64,000 nt of DNA, from positions 565-64,564 of the forward strand of contig JAFQKV010000100.1 of assembly GCA_017414715.1 (NCBI GenBank), written 5' to 3'. The first letter of the stretch is position 1; every line of letters starts with the position of its first letter. Positions 17,375 through 27,900 of this stretch are shown piece after piece. The position numbers and the translations under genes were made by a program. Under the pieces are notes generated by a model that was not told where the DNA came from, searched no databases, and saw nothing but the letters and a program-made list of their open reading frames with translations. The DNA is from Clostridia bacterium (GTDB lineage: Bacteria > Bacillota > Clostridia > Oscillospirales > QAMX01).

Positions 17375-18034
17375 TTATTCTGTGGTCTTGACCGCTTTGA
17401 CAATGCGGCTGGTGCCAAGGCGGTCAGCACCGAGGGAAAGCATCCGTTCTGCATCCGCAAGGCTGGAAATACCGCCCGCCGCCTTGACCCGCACACCGGG
17501 GCCGACGTTTTTCACCATCAGCTCCACATCCGCAAAGGTCGCGCCGCCGGTGGAAAATCCGGTGGATGTCTTGATGTAGTCGGCGCCTGCTTCAGTAACG
17601 ATGCCGCACATGCGGATCTTCTCCGCTTCCGTCAGGAGGCAGGTCTCGATGATAACCTTGAGGATCCTGTCCCCGCAGGCCGCTTTGACCGCCGCAATTT
17701 CCTCGCGAAGCTCCTCATCCCGTCCATCCTTGAGCCAGCCGATATTGATGACCATATCGATCTCGTCGGCACCGCGGGCGATGGCATCCTTCGCCTCAAA
17801 GCATTTAGCCTCCGTGGTGGAGTATCCGTTGGGAAATCCGATCACGGTGCATACGGCGACCCGACCGGCAAGATACTCCGCCGCATCGCGGACATACGCG
17901 GCAGGGATACAGACGGAAGCCGTGCGGTACTTCAGCGCATCCTCGCAAAGGGCGAGGATCTCCGCACGGGTCGCTGCCGGGGACAGCAGCGTATGGTCAA
18001 CGTGGGAAAGAATTTCCCCGACAGTATAGGACAT
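17375..18034 (-). CDS. deoC: Deoxyribose-phosphate aldolase
   Basis: IDHTLL-like [45 protein letters not shown] (Schiff-base Lys), VKAAGGI. Confidence 0.93.
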   Translation of the reverse strand: MSYTVGEILSHVDHTLLSPAATRAEILALCEDALKYRTASVCIPAAYVRDAAEYLAGRVAVCTVIGFPNGYSTTEAKCFEAKDAIARGADEIDMVINIGWLKDGRDEELREEIAAVKAACGDRILKVIIETCLLTEAEKIRMCGIVTEAGADYIKTSTGFSTGGATFADVELMVKNVGPGVRVKAAGGISSLADAERMLSLGADRLGTSRIVKAVKTTE

Positions 18035-18067
18035 ATAATACCTTCTCCTTTTCTTTTTTGCACGGCG

Positions 18068-18703
18068 TCAAACAAACCGCCGCAGGTTTGCGGATTTCCG
18101 CACCTCTTCGGCAAAATAGCTTTCCATCGCGCAGTAAAGCACGTTGTAGATATGCGGACGGTTGATATCGTCATCCGCCAGATCGCCGTTGTATACACGG
18201 TTTGCAAAATCCAGCAGCAATGTCAGGACGCTGTGCATAATGGCGACCACGTCGGCCTCGTCCTTGAAAAGAGGTCGAAAGCAGTTCACAATTTTGGAAA
18301 ACCGCTGATTGTGTCCGGCAAGGGATTGGCCCTTGAAACAGATCGAATAATAATAGCGGATATAAAAGCGGCACTGCGTCTCGTTGTTGATCGCAAATCT
18401 CCAGACCCGCAGAAACACCTCGTAGAGCCGTTCCCGGACGCATCCGCTTGCATCCCGGTAGTATTCCACGCATCTTTGCAGATCCTCGGCAAATTCCTCG
18501 GCAAGGCACTCAAAGGCCGCCTCATACAGATGCTCCTTGTTGCCGAAAATACGGTAGATGTAGACCTCGTTCATCCGCATATCCGGCAGCGTCTCACCGT
18601 CAAAGGTGATTGCCTTGGTCGTCGCCTTCTCAAATCCACCCTCCGCAACAAGCCGGACGGTGTTATGGATGAGGATTTCCCGAAGCTCCTGTTCCCTTTT
18701 CAA
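18068..18703 (-). CDS. TetR/AcrR-family transcriptional regulator
   Basis: N-terminal HTH-like ILIHNTVRLVAEGGFEKATTKAI, ~210 aa all-helical. TTG start with GGGGAG RBS. Confidence 0.7.
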   Translation of the reverse strand: MKREQELREILIHNTVRLVAEGGFEKATTKAITFDGETLPDMRMNEVYIYRIFGNKEHLYEAAFECLAEEFAEDLQRCVEYYRDASGCVRERLYEVFLRVWRFAINNETQCRFYIRYYYSICFKGQSLAGHNQRFSKIVNCFRPLFKDEADVVAIMHSVLTLLLDFANRVYNGDLADDDINRPHIYNVLYCAMESYFAEEVRKSANLRRFV

Positions 18704-18825
18704 AACGAACTCCCCATTTCCCGTTTTGTCAAAGCAGCGGGCGTATCCTTCCGCCTGATACTGACATTATAGCACCCTCCCGAACGGAAATCAACATTCC
18801 GCCGCACCAAAAAGTCCCTTTGCGG

Positions 18826-18854
18826 TTGACAGCATTTTTCTCTTTTGCTATACT
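18826..18854 (+). promoter_or_regulatory. Sigma-A promoter TTGACA-17-TATACT
   Basis: ttgaca 18826-18831, tatact 18849-18854, 35 nt upstream of the ATG at 18890. Confidence 0.6.
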
Positions 18855-18889
18855 CAAAAAAAACGGTTACAATGGCAAGGAGGCCCTCC

Positions 18890-20464
18890 ATGGATTACGG
18901 CATCTTCGATCAGAACCAATGGATGTTTCCCGACATCGTCCGCGAGGACGGCCGCAGGGATGCGGATTTTTCTCTGCTGAAGGGACAATGCAGGGCCTTT
19001 CAGGTACAGTTCACCGGCCTGACGCCGGGAGCCGCCGTCGCGTGGTCCGCCGAGGAGGCGGAGGGAATCCGCCTGCAGTATTTCCGCGAGATTGAGGTCT
19101 GCGTAAACCGAAACACCAACGCACTGCAAAACGGCCTTCTCACCACCGATCACTGGGAAGACATCTCGCAGGATCGCGTACGCAGAGCCCCTTACCGCAC
19201 CTACGATCCTCTTCTGCCGGCGGACGGTCTCTGCGCAGAAAAGGAGACGGAGGTCTACTGCGTTTTTCTGACCCCCGACAAAGAAACGGCTGCGGGTGTA
19301 CGTTCCCTCCGGATCCGCTTTTGCTGCGGAGGAGATGAGCTTATCCTCCCCGTCCGTATTCGCGTACTGGACAAGCAGCTGCCCGAGCGCACATTACAGC
19401 TCACCAACTGGTACAGCGAGGCCCTTGTCGCCCACTGGCACGGCCTTGAATACGGCTCAGAGGCTCACATCGATATGCTCCGGCGCTATCTCGGCACCAT
19501 GCGTGACTGTCATCAGAACATCTGCCGCGTCACCTTCGGCGATATGAAGGTGACCAAAGCCGACGGAGAATACATCTTCGACTTTTCCGCCATGAAACGC
19601 TGGGCAGAACTCGGGCTCGAATGTGGCTTTGACACGCTGGAGTGGGAGCCCATCATCAGCCGTCCGACATGGCGGGATCCTCCCTTCACCGTTTTTGATA
19701 TCGCCGACTCGGGCAAGCCACTGGAATGTCTTTCCACCCCGGGCCGCAAATATCTGACCTCCTTTTTAACGCAGTTCAATGCCTTTCTCACCGAAAACGG
19801 CTGGCGTGAGATTTCCCTTGTGCACATCAGCGATGAGCCCAAGGAACGCTGCGCCGACGATTTCCGGATCCTTGCGGGCATATTTCGGAAATATCTGCCG
19901 GGCATCCGGCTCATGGATGCCATCGAGATCTATTTCATCGAAGAAGCGCTGGATATCTACGTGCCGAAAAATCATTATTACCAGCTTAACCGGAACGATT
20001 TTGAAGCCCTGCGCAGCGACCGCAACGAGCTTTGGTTCTATACCTGCAATATACCGGGCGGCAAATTCCTCAACCGTTTTCTGGACTCGCCTCTGCTCAA
20101 CACGCGCCTGCTCCACTGGGGCAATTACAGATATAACCTGACCGGCTATCTGCACTGGGGCTATTTCTACTGCAGCGAAACCCAGGACCCCTTCGAGCAG
20201 ACCAGCCGGAGCCCCGGTCTCCCCGCCGGAGATACCCACATCGTTTATCCCGGCAAGGACGGCCCCCTGCTCTCCCTTCGCTGGCTGCAGATGAAATGCG
20301 GAACGGAGGATTATGAGATCCTGCGTGCCCTGAGCCTGCATGACAGGGGTCGGGCCGACGCCCTATGCAGAAGAGTCCTGCGGAGCTTTGACGACTACGT
20401 CACGGATACCGCAGACTTTGATGCGGTTCTATGCGAGCTCACGGAGGCATACGCCGCAATATAA
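18890..20464 (+). CDS. DUF4091-like (glycoside-hydrolase-associated) protein
   Basis: Start trimmed to MDYGIFDQNQW (AAGGAGG RBS). Cytoplasmic, ~525 aa. The HISDEP and WFYTCN stretches remind me of DUF4091 proteins. This is recognition from memory only. Confidence 0.45.
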   Translation: MDYGIFDQNQWMFPDIVREDGRRDADFSLLKGQCRAFQVQFTGLTPGAAVAWSAEEAEGIRLQYFREIEVCVNRNTNALQNGLLTTDHWEDISQDRVRRAPYRTYDPLLPADGLCAEKETEVYCVFLTPDKETAAGVRSLRIRFCCGGDELILPVRIRVLDKQLPERTLQLTNWYSEALVAHWHGLEYGSEAHIDMLRRYLGTMRDCHQNICRVTFGDMKVTKADGEYIFDFSAMKRWAELGLECGFDTLEWEPIISRPTWRDPPFTVFDIADSGKPLECLSTPGRKYLTSFLTQFNAFLTENGWREISLVHISDEPKERCADDFRILAGIFRKYLPGIRLMDAIEIYFIEEALDIYVPKNHYYQLNRNDFEALRSDRNELWFYTCNIPGGKFLNRFLDSPLLNTRLLHWGNYRYNLTGYLHWGYFYCSETQDPFEQTSRSPGLPAGDTHIVYPGKDGPLLSLRWLQMKCGTEDYEILRALSLHDRGRADALCRRVLRSFDDYVTDTADFDAVLCELTEAYAAI

Positions 20465-20466
20465 AA

Positions 20467-20503
20467 GAACACGGGGACGGTTTTTCCGTTCCCGTGTCCT
20501 CTT
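20467..20503. terminator. Shared hairpin terminator between the convergent DUF4091 gene and spo0A
   Basis: gaacacggggacgg-ttttt-ccgttcccgtgt, with T-rich flanks on both strands. Confidence 0.6.
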
Positions 20504-20541
20504 TCGGTATATTCATTCTGTTTTTGAAAAAACTACAGAGA

Positions 20542-21309
20542 TCAAACCGCTTCTCCCCGCGATTTCAGAGTCAGCCGATCGGCGATCATGGCAATAAACT
20601 CACTGTTTGTCGGTTTTCCTTTGGCATTGGATACGGTATATCCGAAAATGGACTGCAGCACCTCCAGATCTCCCCGTTCCCACGCCACCTCGATGGCATG
20701 GCGAATGGCGCGTTCCACCCGGCTTGCGGTGGTCGAAAACTGTTTTGCCACAGTGGGATAGAGGATCTTCGTCACGGCATTGATAGCTTCGGGATCGTTG
20801 ACTGCGAGGATAACGCCCTCCCGCAGATACTGGTATCCCTTGATGTGCGCCGGGACACCCACAGTATGCAAAAGGCCGGTGACTTCCGCATAGAGGGAAA
20901 AGGGTCTGTCCTTCCGCGGCCGCATGGGCAGCACGTTTCCGCCCGCAAGCTCCTCCACCCGCTCAGAGAGAACCGTCGCCTCAAAGGGCTTGAGCAGCAG
21001 ATAGTCCGCGCCAAGGGCCGATGCCTCCGCCGAGATACGGTCATTGATAAAGGAGGTCATCAGAATGACTTTGGGCTGTTTTGTCAGTTTTCCGGACATG
21101 ACCTCCCGCAGCACGGCAAGACCGTCCAGCCGGGTAAGCATCATATCCAGCAGAAGGATATCGGGGCGTTTGTCCCGCACCGCCGCAAGTATTGCCGGCC
21201 CGTCTCCGGAAAGGGTGATGCAGCGGATATCCCGCTTATCGGAAAGCACGCTTCGCAGTTGTTCACCGTACTCTGCGGTTTCCGCGCCGATCAGAACCAA
21301 TGTGCTCAT
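20542..21309 (-). CDS. spo0A: Sporulation master response regulator Spo0A
   Basis: Receiver domain (..[18 protein letters not shown].., LKPF) plus the diagnostic Spo0A C-terminal domain [75 protein letters not shown]. Start trimmed to MSTLVLIG (RBS AAAGGAAG). Confidence 0.95.
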   Translation of the reverse strand: MSTLVLIGAETAEYGEQLRSVLSDKRDIRCITLSGDGPAILAAVRDKRPDILLLDMMLTRLDGLAVLREVMSGKLTKQPKVILMTSFINDRISAEASALGADYLLLKPFEATVLSERVEELAGGNVLPMRPRKDRPFSLYAEVTGLLHTVGVPAHIKGYQYLREGVILAVNDPEAINAVTKILYPTVAKQFSTTASRVERAIRHAIEVAWERGDLEVLQSIFGYTVSNAKGKPTNSEFIAMIADRLTLKSRGEAV

Positions 21310-21344
21310 ATTGTGTCGCTTCCTTTCTTTTTCTTTGCAGTCAA

Positions 21345-21373
21345 AATATATCATCCCCCGCCACAAACTGCAA
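21345..21373 (-). promoter_or_regulatory. Candidate spo0A promoter (TTGCAG-17-TATATT on the minus strand)
   Basis: Plus ctgcaa 21368-21373 and aatata 21345-21350. Weak match only. Confidence 0.3.
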
Positions 21374-21505
21374 TACTTTTTATAAAATCCGGCACTTTTC
21401 TCATCGGGAAAATCTCCGGTTTTTCTATAGGTTTCGTCCCCCTTCTCCTCTTCGGGACAAAAGGTTGCACATTACGCCTTTTTCTGCCGGAAATCGCGCA
21501 CCTGC

Positions 21506-21534
21506 TTTACATCTGCCGGAATTTGATTTATAAT
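21506..21534 (+). promoter_or_regulatory. Candidate sigma-A promoter TTTACA-17-TATAAT
   Basis: tttaca 21506-21511, tataat 21529-21534, 36 nt upstream of the TTG start at 21571 (RBS GGAAGGAGG). Confidence 0.55.
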
Positions 21535-21570
21535 GTCTAAAACAACATACAAGGAAGGAGGTTCTGCCTC

Positions 21571-23184
21571 TTGTCAGAAAGCACGGCAAAAAGCGTAGCC
21601 CGCGGGGCATTCGTCCTGCTGCTGTCCAATTTCATTGTTAAGATCATCGGCATCTGCTATAAGATCCCGCTGACCGATATGATCGGCCCGCTGGGTATGT
21701 CCTATTTTCACTCTGCCTTTGAGGTACAGCAGATCCTGCTGACCTTTTCCCTGTCCCTGCCCGTGGCGGTATCCAAGCTCGTGGCAGAATCCGCCTCCCT
21801 CGGCCGCGGAACAGAGGTTCGGCGTATTTTCCGCGTTACGCTCCTTTCCTTCTCTCTGATCGGCATTTTAGGCACAGCCATCCTGATTCTCGGCGCGCCG
21901 GTCTTTGCCGCCGCCACCGTTTCCGTCAAGGCGCAGTATTCCATCATCGCCCTTGCGCCTTCCCTGTTTCTGTATGCCATCGCCGCCACCTTCCGCGGCA
22001 TGTATCAGGGCCTTGGCAACATGATCCCCACCGCCGCGACCCAGATCACCGAGGCTGTCGCCAAGCTCTTCTTCGGCGTTCTGATCGCTGATCGTTGTAT
22101 CAAGGCCGGGCTTTCGGATGAGTTCGTCGCCGCCGGTGCCATTTCCGGCACCACCATCGGCATCGTCTTTTCCGTGCTGATCCTCATTCCCCTTTACTTC
22201 CTGCCCATATCACGCCGCCGCATGACGGCCATTCCGGCAGGCGGCGAAAGTGCTCCGGCCGGCAAACTGCTCCGGCGGCTGCTCGGCGTTGCCATCCCGG
22301 TCACCGCATCCTCCTTTATCGTTAATTTGACCAGCTTCCTCGACCTGTTCTGCATTTCCAACCGTCTGCAGTTCATCGGCATGAGCGAGGATGCCGCCGC
22401 TACCGTTTACGGCGGTTATAAGTCCTATGCGCAGCTGCTTTTCAACCTGCCGCCCTCCCTCATCGCCTCCATCGGCCTCGGCATTCTGCCCGCCATCGCC
22501 GCCGCACACGTCACCGGCAAGGCGGAAAAGCGCTCCGGCATCATCAATTCCGCCCTGCGCGTCACGATCCTCTTCGCCATGCCCTGCGCCGTCGGTCTCG
22601 CTGTGCTGGCAGATCCCATTCTTCACATGCTCTTCACCGCAAATCCTGCGGAGGTCTCCGCCGCCGTGCCGCTGATGCGCACCCTCGGCATCGCCTCCCT
22701 GTTTGCCTGCATCGCATCGGTCACGACCTCCTGCCTGCAGGGCATCAACCGTCTGCGCCTGCCCCTGGTCTCTCTGGCCATCGGCGCATCCGTCAAGCTC
22801 ATCTGCAACTTTATTCTCGTCGGCATCCCCGCCATCGGCATTCACGGTGCCCCCATCGGAACCAATCTCTGCTATATCACCATCATCGCCATCAACGGCA
22901 CGGTGCTCATCCGCAAGGCGGGGCTTCACCTGCAGCTGATTCAAACGGTATTGAAGCCCCTCGGTGCCGGCATTGCCATGGGTGCCTTCTGCCACTGTTT
23001 CTACCGCGCGATCGTCGGCCCTTTGGGTTCCTCCGCTGCCTGCCTCGTGACCATTTTCTGCGCCGCTCTCTTTTATCTTGCAGTGCTTCTTCTTCTCCGG
23101 GCCTTCACCGAGGAGGATCTTGCCCTGCTTCCCAAGGGGCGGCGGCTCGCAGCCCTTCTGCGGCGCGCAAAGCTTTTGAAATAG
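21571..23184 (+). CDS. MOP-superfamily polysaccharide / lipid II flippase (SpoVB/MurJ-like)
   Basis: 537 aa and hydrophobic throughout (~14 TM by eye). N-terminus KSVARGAFVLLLSNFIVKIIGICYKIPLTDMIGPLGMSYF is typical of the polysaccharide biosynthesis protein/SpoVB family. The stop is TAG. Confidence 0.75.
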   Translation: MSESTAKSVARGAFVLLLSNFIVKIIGICYKIPLTDMIGPLGMSYFHSAFEVQQILLTFSLSLPVAVSKLVAESASLGRGTEVRRIFRVTLLSFSLIGILGTAILILGAPVFAAATVSVKAQYSIIALAPSLFLYAIAATFRGMYQGLGNMIPTAATQITEAVAKLFFGVLIADRCIKAGLSDEFVAAGAISGTTIGIVFSVLILIPLYFLPISRRRMTAIPAGGESAPAGKLLRRLLGVAIPVTASSFIVNLTSFLDLFCISNRLQFIGMSEDAAATVYGGYKSYAQLLFNLPPSLIASIGLGILPAIAAAHVTGKAEKRSGIINSALRVTILFAMPCAVGLAVLADPILHMLFTANPAEVSAAVPLMRTLGIASLFACIASVTTSCLQGINRLRLPLVSLAIGASVKLICNFILVGIPAIGIHGAPIGTNLCYITIIAINGTVLIRKAGLHLQLIQTVLKPLGAGIAMGAFCHCFYRAIVGPLGSSAACLVTIFCAALFYLAVLLLLRAFTEEDLALLPKGRRLAALLRRAKLLK

Positions 23185-23201
23185 CAGCCCCGCACATGTA
23201 A

Positions 23202-23249
23202 AAAGGACTTCCCGATCTTCTTCCGGGAAGTCCTTTTGTGTTTTTGTTT
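23202..23249. terminator. Bidirectional terminator between the flippase gene and the SDR gene
   Basis: Perfect 13-bp stem aaaggacttcccg/cgggaagtccttt followed by tgtgtttttgttttt. Confidence 0.75.
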
Positions 23250-23981
23250 TTACAGGATGAATCCGCCATCCACGCCGAGCACCTGCCCGGTAATGAATGA
23301 TGCCCGCTCCGAGCACAGAAAGGCCGCCGCCTCTGCAACATCCTCCGGGCGGCCGATTCGGCCAAGGGGCGTTTCCTCGGCAAGGGCCTGCATATCCGAC
23401 GGTGTCAGATCAGCGTTCATCGCGGTGTCGATCACGCCGGGGGCTACGGCATTGACCCGGATGCCCGAGGGGGCAAGCTCCTTTGCCAGCGCTTTGGTAA
23501 GGCCGATAAGCCCCGCCTTTGCCGCCGAGTAAACGGCCTCGCAGGAAGCCCCGGCCACGCCCCACATGGAGGTAACAAGGAGAATATTTCCGCATTTTCT
23601 CCGGATCATTTCCGGCGCGGCTGCGCGCACGGCAAAAACCGATGCGCCGAGATTGACATCCATCAGCTCCCGATAACCGGCCGCCGTTGTGTCCGTAACA
23701 AGTTCCCGTCGGGCAATACCCTGGGCACAGACAAGGCAGTCGATATGACCAAAGCGCGCCTTTGCCGCCGCAACAAGCTCCTCTGCCGCCGCAATATCAG
23801 ACAGATCTGCCGCAAAGGTTTCGGCATCGCATCCATCGGCCCGCAGTTCATCCCGCAGGGCCGCTGCGCGCGCTTCTCCGCGGTGATACTGAATGGCCAC
23901 GGCATACCCCTCCGCCGCAAAGCGGCGACAGACCGCGGCACCGATGCCGCCGGAGCCGCCAAGCACCAGTATAGCAGGCAT
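23250..23981 (-). CDS. Short-chain dehydrogenase/reductase (FabG-like)
   Basis: VLGGSGGIGAA (TGxxxGxG-type), ..YSAAKAG.. (YxxxK), NAVAPGVIDT. Confidence 0.85.
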   Translation of the reverse strand: MPAILVLGGSGGIGAAVCRRFAAEGYAVAIQYHRGEARAAALRDELRADGCDAETFAADLSDIAAAEELVAAAKARFGHIDCLVCAQGIARRELVTDTTAAGYRELMDVNLGASVFAVRAAAPEMIRRKCGNILLVTSMWGVAGASCEAVYSAAKAGLIGLTKALAKELAPSGIRVNAVAPGVIDTAMNADLTPSDMQALAEETPLGRIGRPEDVAEAAAFLCSERASFITGQVLGVDGGFIL

Positions 23982-23984
23982 ATT

Positions 23985-24422
23985 CTACACCTCCGGGCAG
24001 CCGCGCTTTTGCGCAGCCGTGATCTCTGCCCACACCGTATTGCAAAGCTCCGCGATGAGCTCCGCCGCAGGACGGTCGGCAACACCGGCTACGTACAGCC
24101 CGCAGCGGTTCATGGGCAGGATATACTTTTTTGCGGGGCTCCGCGCCACAGCCGCGGCCGCCTCCGCCGAGAGTTCCCCCTTCAGCGCACCGGCATTGAG
24201 GATCCCCGCCGTTCCCAGCAGGATATCCGCATCTGCAAGTGCCGCAAGCACCTCATCCGGCGCAGACACGGCGACCCCGCCCGAGGCTTCTGCCATGCGC
24301 TGTGCCGCAAAAGGATTGGTGCCGAGACAGAGCAGGCGGCAGCCTTCGGGCAATCCGCGCAGACGCTCCGCCATGGCGGCACCCATACCGCCGCCGCGGC
24401 CGTCCAGTATACAGACCGTCAT
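23985..24422 (-). CDS. DUF3842-like small protein
   Basis: The N-terminus MTVCILDGRGGGMGAAM resembles the DGQGGGIG start of DUF3842 proteins (from memory). Translationally coupled to its neighbours. The stop is TAG. Confidence 0.45.
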   Translation of the reverse strand: MTVCILDGRGGGMGAAMAERLRGLPEGCRLLCLGTNPFAAQRMAEASGGVAVSAPDEVLAALADADILLGTAGILNAGALKGELSAEAAAAVARSPAKKYILPMNRCGLYVAGVADRPAAELIAELCNTVWAEITAAQKRGCPEV

Positions 24423-24850
24423 TTCGCCTCCGGCTTAAAGGCGACCAGAAGGCCGCCGGAGTATTCCAGCAGTCCTTCTCCCGCTTCGGGAAGCTTTTCC
24501 CACTCGCCGCTCACCGTTTCCAGAACGAGAGGACGGCGGGAACCCTTGACGGCAAAGGCCACGCGGTAATGGTTCTCCGAGGTACGCGTATCGGGCGCAA
24601 GACCGTCATTTGCATCCTCATCCGTGCTCTTTTCCACATATTTGCGGATCAGCCGCGCGCGGGTCCGGTGAAGGCCGGTGTCAAATACGGTGGTGCTGTA
24701 CTTTCGCAGATCCCGCACAGCGGCAACACCGACAATGATGAGGAACGTGACCACGATCGCCGCTATGGCGATGACCTTTGTGGTATCGTCAAGAGAGATC
24801 TTCAAAAGCTCGTTGAGCGTGTGCTCACCCACGGCAAATACTGCTGTCAT
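24419..24850 (-). CDS. DUF2500-like single-pass membrane protein
   Basis: One TM (VIAIAAIVVTFLIIVGVAAV), then HYRVAFAVKGSRRPLVLETVSGEWEKLPEAGEGLLEYSGGLLVAFKPE, which resembles the DUF2500 beta-domain pattern. Confidence 0.4.
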   Translation of the reverse strand: MTAVFAVGEHTLNELLKISLDDTTKVIAIAAIVVTFLIIVGVAAVRDLRKYSTTVFDTGLHRTRARLIRKYVEKSTDEDANDGLAPDTRTSENHYRVAFAVKGSRRPLVLETVSGEWEKLPEAGEGLLEYSGGLLVAFKPEAK

Positions 24851-24931
24851 AGGGCAACATCCTTTCCGGCTGCAGTTATTGGATATTCCATAGAAATATT
24901 ATACCATGTTCCGGCAGGCGGTGCAAGAGAA

Positions 24932-27900
24932 TCACACGATAACCAGCACATCCGCCTCGCCGCACATTTCAGAGGGTCGGAATTGATTGTCCGTCCGGTC
25001 TCCATTCAGATACACCCCGGGAGCGCCGCCGCGCCGTACCTGTACCCGCAGACGGACGGCATACAGATCCAGTTCGAAGGAATACCCCTCCCAATCCTTG
25101 GGCAAATAGGGAAAAAGGCTCAGGATCCCGTCGGAAAAACGAAGGCCGAAGAGGCAGTACATCACCGCCTGCATATACCAGCCCGCCGCCCCGGTGTACC
25201 AGCTCCAGCCGCCCCGACCCCGATGCAGCGGGTGGTCGTAAACGTCACCTGTAAGAACAAAATCCTCCGTCCTGCGGATCTCCTCACGCCGTTTTGCAGG
25301 CAGTAAGGACATAAGCATATCAAAGCCCAGCTCCTCTTCCCCCGCCGCAAAGCATGCCATACACAGCCATACCGCCGCATGGGTATACTGTCCGCCGTTT
25401 TCACGGATACCCGGCGGATAATCGGAAATATACCCGGGATCTTTCCCCTTACCCGTAAAGGGCGGTGCAAGAAGACGGATCAGCCCATGCTCCCGATCCC
25501 ACAGCCGTTCCGCAGCAAGCCGAACTGCAGCCCGTTTTTCTGCCGGATCCCCTTCAGGCACCCAAAGGGAAAAGCTTTGCGCAATGGAATCCAGCGCGCA
25601 CTCCCCCTCTCCGTTTCCAAGAGGTGTTCCGTCATCCCACCAGGCTCGGATAAAGGCGCCGTTTTCTCTTGCCTGCAGGGCAGATACCGCCATGCTTTTG
25701 GCAAAAAAGGTTAACTCCTCCGCCTTTTGACGCATCTCCGCCCGGCGGCAGAGGTACGCCGTCCTGCGGAACACGTTGGCCGCAAAGAAACCGAGCCAGA
25801 CGCTTTCGCCACGTCCCTCCGCGCCCACAAGATCCATGCCGTCATTCCAGTCACCGCCCAGCATCAGCGGAAGTCCGTGTACACCGACACCTCGCTCCGC
25901 CACCATCTCGCAGGCCCGGACACAGTGGGCCAGGACGCTCTCCCGCCGTGCCGAAAGAGGCGGCTGCTCACAGCGGCTCTTTTCGCCATCCTCCAGAGGC
26001 GGCGAGGACAGATAAGGAACCTTTGCCGAAAGAAGACTGCGGTCCCCCGTCACGTTGACATATTCAAACACCGCATAGGGAAGCCACAGCAGATCATCGC
26101 TGTACCGGGTCCGCACACCCATGCAGCCACCGGGTAAATCATGCCACCAGTGCATGACATCGCCCTCCTCGTACTGCCGGGCGCAGGCAGTGAGAATGGT
26201 CTGCCGGGCCAGAGGCGCATCAAAGGGGAGTATCGCACAGATATCCTGCAATTGGTCACGGAAACCGTTTCCTCCGCCGCACTGCCAGAGAGATGCGCGG
26301 GCATAAAGCCGGCTTGCCAGCACCTGATAGAGACAGGGGGCCGAAACATAGGCGTTGAGTGCTGCATCCGGTGTCTCAGGACGCAGGGCACATACCCGTT
26401 TTGCGAAATGTGCCCGGGTCTCCTCCAGTGCACGCTCCGCAGAACATACATCCAGAAGTGCCCGGAGGGCATTGTCATTCTCATCCTCCCGCGCGCCTGC
26501 CACGAGTACAAGAGAAAACTTTCCCTGTACGGGAGCAGACCGCAGGTACAGCAGTGCATCGCCGCCATAGCCCGCCCTCCCGGATGTCCATTCCGACCAG
26601 GCGTGCGGTGCATAACAGGTGCATTCTGCCGCGCCGGAGGCAAGACACAGCAGCTCCGTACCGTCAAAGATCCGCCCCGCTGTATTCCTCACTTCCGCCC
26701 CGTTCTCCGTCGGGTGCGCCTCTACAAAGATCCTGTCCGATTTTCTTTCTCCGAGAAGGGGACGCAAAAACCACGACAGCCTCACATCCCGCTCCGCATA
26801 CCCCTCCACCAGCACGACCCGGGCAGGAATATCCGGCGGACAGAACATTTTCGTTTTGACGCGGATCCCATCCGCCTGTTTTTCCCAGACGGCACAGCCA
26901 AGGTCAAAACGCATACTGCAGGGCTCCCCATCTTCTTTATAGAGAGACATTGTGTGTACCCCGTCGGAGAGATACATACGTTCCTCCAGGGATCCTCCCA
27001 GGGGATCCATGGAAAAGCCCGTAACACGGAAGAGCCGCGCGTTGCGGTACCACATGCCGCCGGGACCCACATCCTGCGCAATGCAGCCAAAACGCCGCCC
27101 CGCAAGGGGCATGCTCCATGAAACCGGGGGCATTTGCCGCGGCGCAAGGGCAGAAAGATCCCCCGTGCGCGCCGGCAGCTCCGCCCCCCGACCGGGCGCG
27201 AAGGCCATCAGCTTTTTCGGCACAAGGACAGGAACTTTTGTCGGGTTTTGGGTAAAATCAATGACGGCTGCCGCACGGAGCAGGGCAAGGTCCCCTTCCT
27301 CCAGCACCGAGCGGTCAATGACAAAAATACCTGAGGCCTCAGTTACTCCAAACCCCGCAGCCGCATCCAGCACGGCATCCCGTCCCGGGCGCAGATAAGC
27401 ATCCCCCTCATCCGTCAGCACCGCCAGCTCGCAGGAGATCCCCGCCCGGCGGTACATGGCAAAGCAGAAAACAGGAAAAATCTCCGCCGAACCGTCCGTC
27501 CGGCTGCGGGCAAGCAGCAGAGGCACATCACCCGCGATCCCCAGCCTCCACAGGGCGGAAAAGCCGCCCTGCGGCATCACCTCTCCAGCTTTCCCGTAAG
27601 GTTCAAAAAGCAAGCGTGCGGCCAGCTTGTGTGCCGCAGCATGATGCTCGGGGCTCATTTTTCGCATGACCCCGCGCAGCAGCAGATCCGCCCGCTCGGG
27701 CGCAGGAGATTTCCCGCTCTGCAGAGCCTGCAGAGCGGCACTGCGTTCCCTCGCCACCGAGATGACGGCACGGAGAGACACGTCCCCTCCCGCAGGCACC
27801 GTAACCGTCGCCCTTGCCGCCACGCAGGGATCCAGCACGTCACCGACCCCCCCGGCAAACACCATCCGTCGGGGATCATACCCCCGTCGTCCGATAAGGG

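Noticed and set aside
20542-23184. spo0A / SpoVB-like divergent pair as a novel module
   Set aside because: Both genes are standard sporulation-lineage genes with separate promoters. Only the receiver-pocket substitution in Spo0A seemed worth reporting.
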